Below are positions 14,898-16,133 of a DNA stretch of 16,133 bases, piece by piece (the stretch's first letter is position 1; the number at the start of each line of letters is the position of its first letter). A program made the translations under genes and the position numbers. Source of the stretch: Candidatus Eiseniibacteriota bacterium (GTDB lineage Bacteria > Eisenbacteria > RBG-16-71-46); the NCBI GenBank assembly GCA_044222065.1, contig JBGAOA010000055.1, positions 12,505 to 28,637 of the forward strand, read 5' to 3'. The notes beneath the pieces are model-generated. The model saw nothing but the letters and a program-made list of their open reading frames with translations. It did not search any database and was not told the DNA's origin.

Positions 14898-14925
14898 CCG
14901 GCCGCGGGCGCGAGCCCGCGGCCGG
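14898..14925 (+). terminator. Perfect 12-bp hairpin with GNRA loop after flgE
   Basis: CCGGCCGCGGGC-GCGA-GCCCGCGGCCGG, 11 nt after the stop; no U-tract. Confidence 0.55.
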
Positions 14926-14961
14926 CGGTCGAAACGGCCGCCCCACGGGAAGACCCTTCCG
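14926..14961. promoter_or_regulatory. Tandem putative enhancer sites (pair 4)
   Basis: CGGTC-GAAAC-GGCCG (14926-14940) and GGGAA-GACCC-TTCCG (14947-14961), offset 21 bp, about 145 bp upstream of the fliL sigma54 promoter. Confidence 0.5.
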
Positions 14962-15104
14962 GTCGCACGTGCGGGCGGTCGTTCGTTTCCGGAAGAACCT
15001 GCGCGCGCGCGGGCGCGCTCACCGCCGCCCGATCGGCGCACATCTCGCGCGTTCGCCGCGCCTTGCGCGCGGCGCGGCGCGCGGCCGCGCGGCACGGGCC
15101 TCCG

Positions 15105-15119
15105 TGGCACGCGCGTTGC
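15105..15119 (+). promoter_or_regulatory. Sigma54 promoter of fliL-fliM
   Basis: TGGCAC-GCGCG-TTGC, perfect consensus, 47 nt before the fliL ATG. Confidence 0.88.
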
Positions 15120-15166
15120 CCTCCCCGGATCGACGCATCGTCCCGTTCGATCTCCGGAGGACTCCG

Positions 15167-15697
15167 ATGAGCAACGATAAGCACGCGGCCGAAGGCGCCG
15201 GCGCCGCCGCCGCGAAGCCGACGCCCCCGATGGTCCTGGGCGGCGTCGCGGTGGGCGCGCTCGCGGCCGGGCTCGCGCTCGGCCTGTTCGTCCTCGGCCC
15301 GATGTTCGGTCCCAAGACCGCGTCCGCCGCGAAGGAGCCGGCGGAATCCGGCGAGCACGGCAAGAAGGACGAGAAGGGCGGCCACGGCAAGGAGAAGGTG
15401 CCGGTGTTCCGGCTCGAGAACGTGATCGTCAATCCCTCGGGCACCCAGGGCACGCGCTTCCTCATGACGACCGTCGCGATGGAAGTGGACGACTCGAAGC
15501 TCGGCGACGCGCTGCGCGCGCACGAGCTCGAGATCCGCGACGCGGTCGTCACGACGCTCGAGTCGCGCACGCTCGAGGAACTGACCCGCGACGGGGCGCG
15601 CGACTCGCTGAAGGCCGCGATCCTCGAGCAGGTCAACCACGTGATGGGCGAGGAGGTGGACGTCCGCATCTACCTCCCTCAGTTCGTGATCCAGTGA
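15167..15697 (+). CDS. fliL: Flagellar basal body-associated protein FliL (176 aa)
   Basis: GGAGG SD; single TM; LENVIVNPSGTQGTRFL; EIRDAV; IYLPQFVIQ. Confidence 0.93.
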   Translation: MSNDKHAAEGAGAAAAKPTPPMVLGGVAVGALAAGLALGLFVLGPMFGPKTASAAKEPAESGEHGKKDEKGGHGKEKVPVFRLENVIVNPSGTQGTRFLMTTVAMEVDDSKLGDALRAHELEIRDAVVTTLESRTLEELTRDGARDSLKAAILEQVNHVMGEEVDVRIYLPQFVIQ

Positions 15698-16133
15698 GCG
15701 CGTTCGTTCCGGAATCGCTGCGCCAGTCGGACATCGACGCGCTCGTCGGGCTCGCCCCCGAGGTCACGGGGCGCCCGGCGCTCGCGCCGTACGACTTCAC
15801 CGAGCCGCCGCGACTCGGAGTCACGCTCGAGAAGTCGCTGCGCGCGACGCTCGAGACCGTGGCCGCGCGCTGGCACGACCTGATGACGTCGCGCCTGCGC
15901 ACGCCGATCGACGTGACGCTCGGCCGCATCGAGCGCGCGAGCGGGCGCGACGTCGCGCTCGCGCTCGGCGAGCCCTCGGCGGTGTGGACGTTCCCGACCG
16001 GCGCCCGCGCCGACGGCCGCGCGTGGCTCGCGTTCGACGCCGCGTTCGCGCTCGTCGTCGTGGACCGACTGCTCGGCGGGCCCGGGCCCGAAGCGCCGCG
16101 CGCGCTCACGCCGCTCGAGCAACGGCTCGTCGG
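15694..16133 (+). CDS. fliM: Flagellar motor switch protein FliM, 5' part (runs off the window; absent from the ORF track)
   Basis: Manual translation from GTG 15694: MSAFVPESLRQSDIDALV...PYDF..PPRL...VVDRLLGGPG...RALTPLEQRLV; open to the window end. Confidence 0.88.
   Translation, partial: MSAFVPESLRQSDIDALVGLAPEVTGRPALAPYDFTEPPRLGVTLEKSLRATLETVAARWHDLMTSRLRTPIDVTLGRIERASGRDVALALGEPSAVWTFPTGARADGRAWLAFDAAFALVVVDRLLGGPGPEAPRALTPLEQRLV

Overview
Very GC-rich bacterial flagellar gene cluster. Minus strand: a lone flgL (no adjacent flgK) followed by a minimal 271-aa flagellin with a sigma28-type promoter. Plus strand, divergent from these: a sigma54-dependent response regulator (REC-AAA+-HTH, FlbD/FlrC/FleR-like), then a sigma54-driven basal body/export/hook operon (degenerate flgB, flgC, a 64-aa orphan ORF, fliE, fliF, fliG, fliH, fliI, fliJ, a MotE/FlbB-like protein, fliK, flgD, flgE), then a second sigma54 unit (fliL, and fliM truncated by the window edge). 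Gene order and the stripped-down FlgB suggest Gemmatimonadota, but that is inference from recollection, not a database result. No mobile element, CRISPR or RNA gene was seen. The most interesting signal is non-coding. A 15-bp palindrome, CGG(A/C)A-N5-T(T/G)CCG, recurs as four tandem pairs upstream of the sigma54 promoter candidates and as one perfect copy over the flagellin start site. There are also several sigma28-type promoters and a structured flgD-flgE spacer partly complementary to the flagellin 5' UTR.
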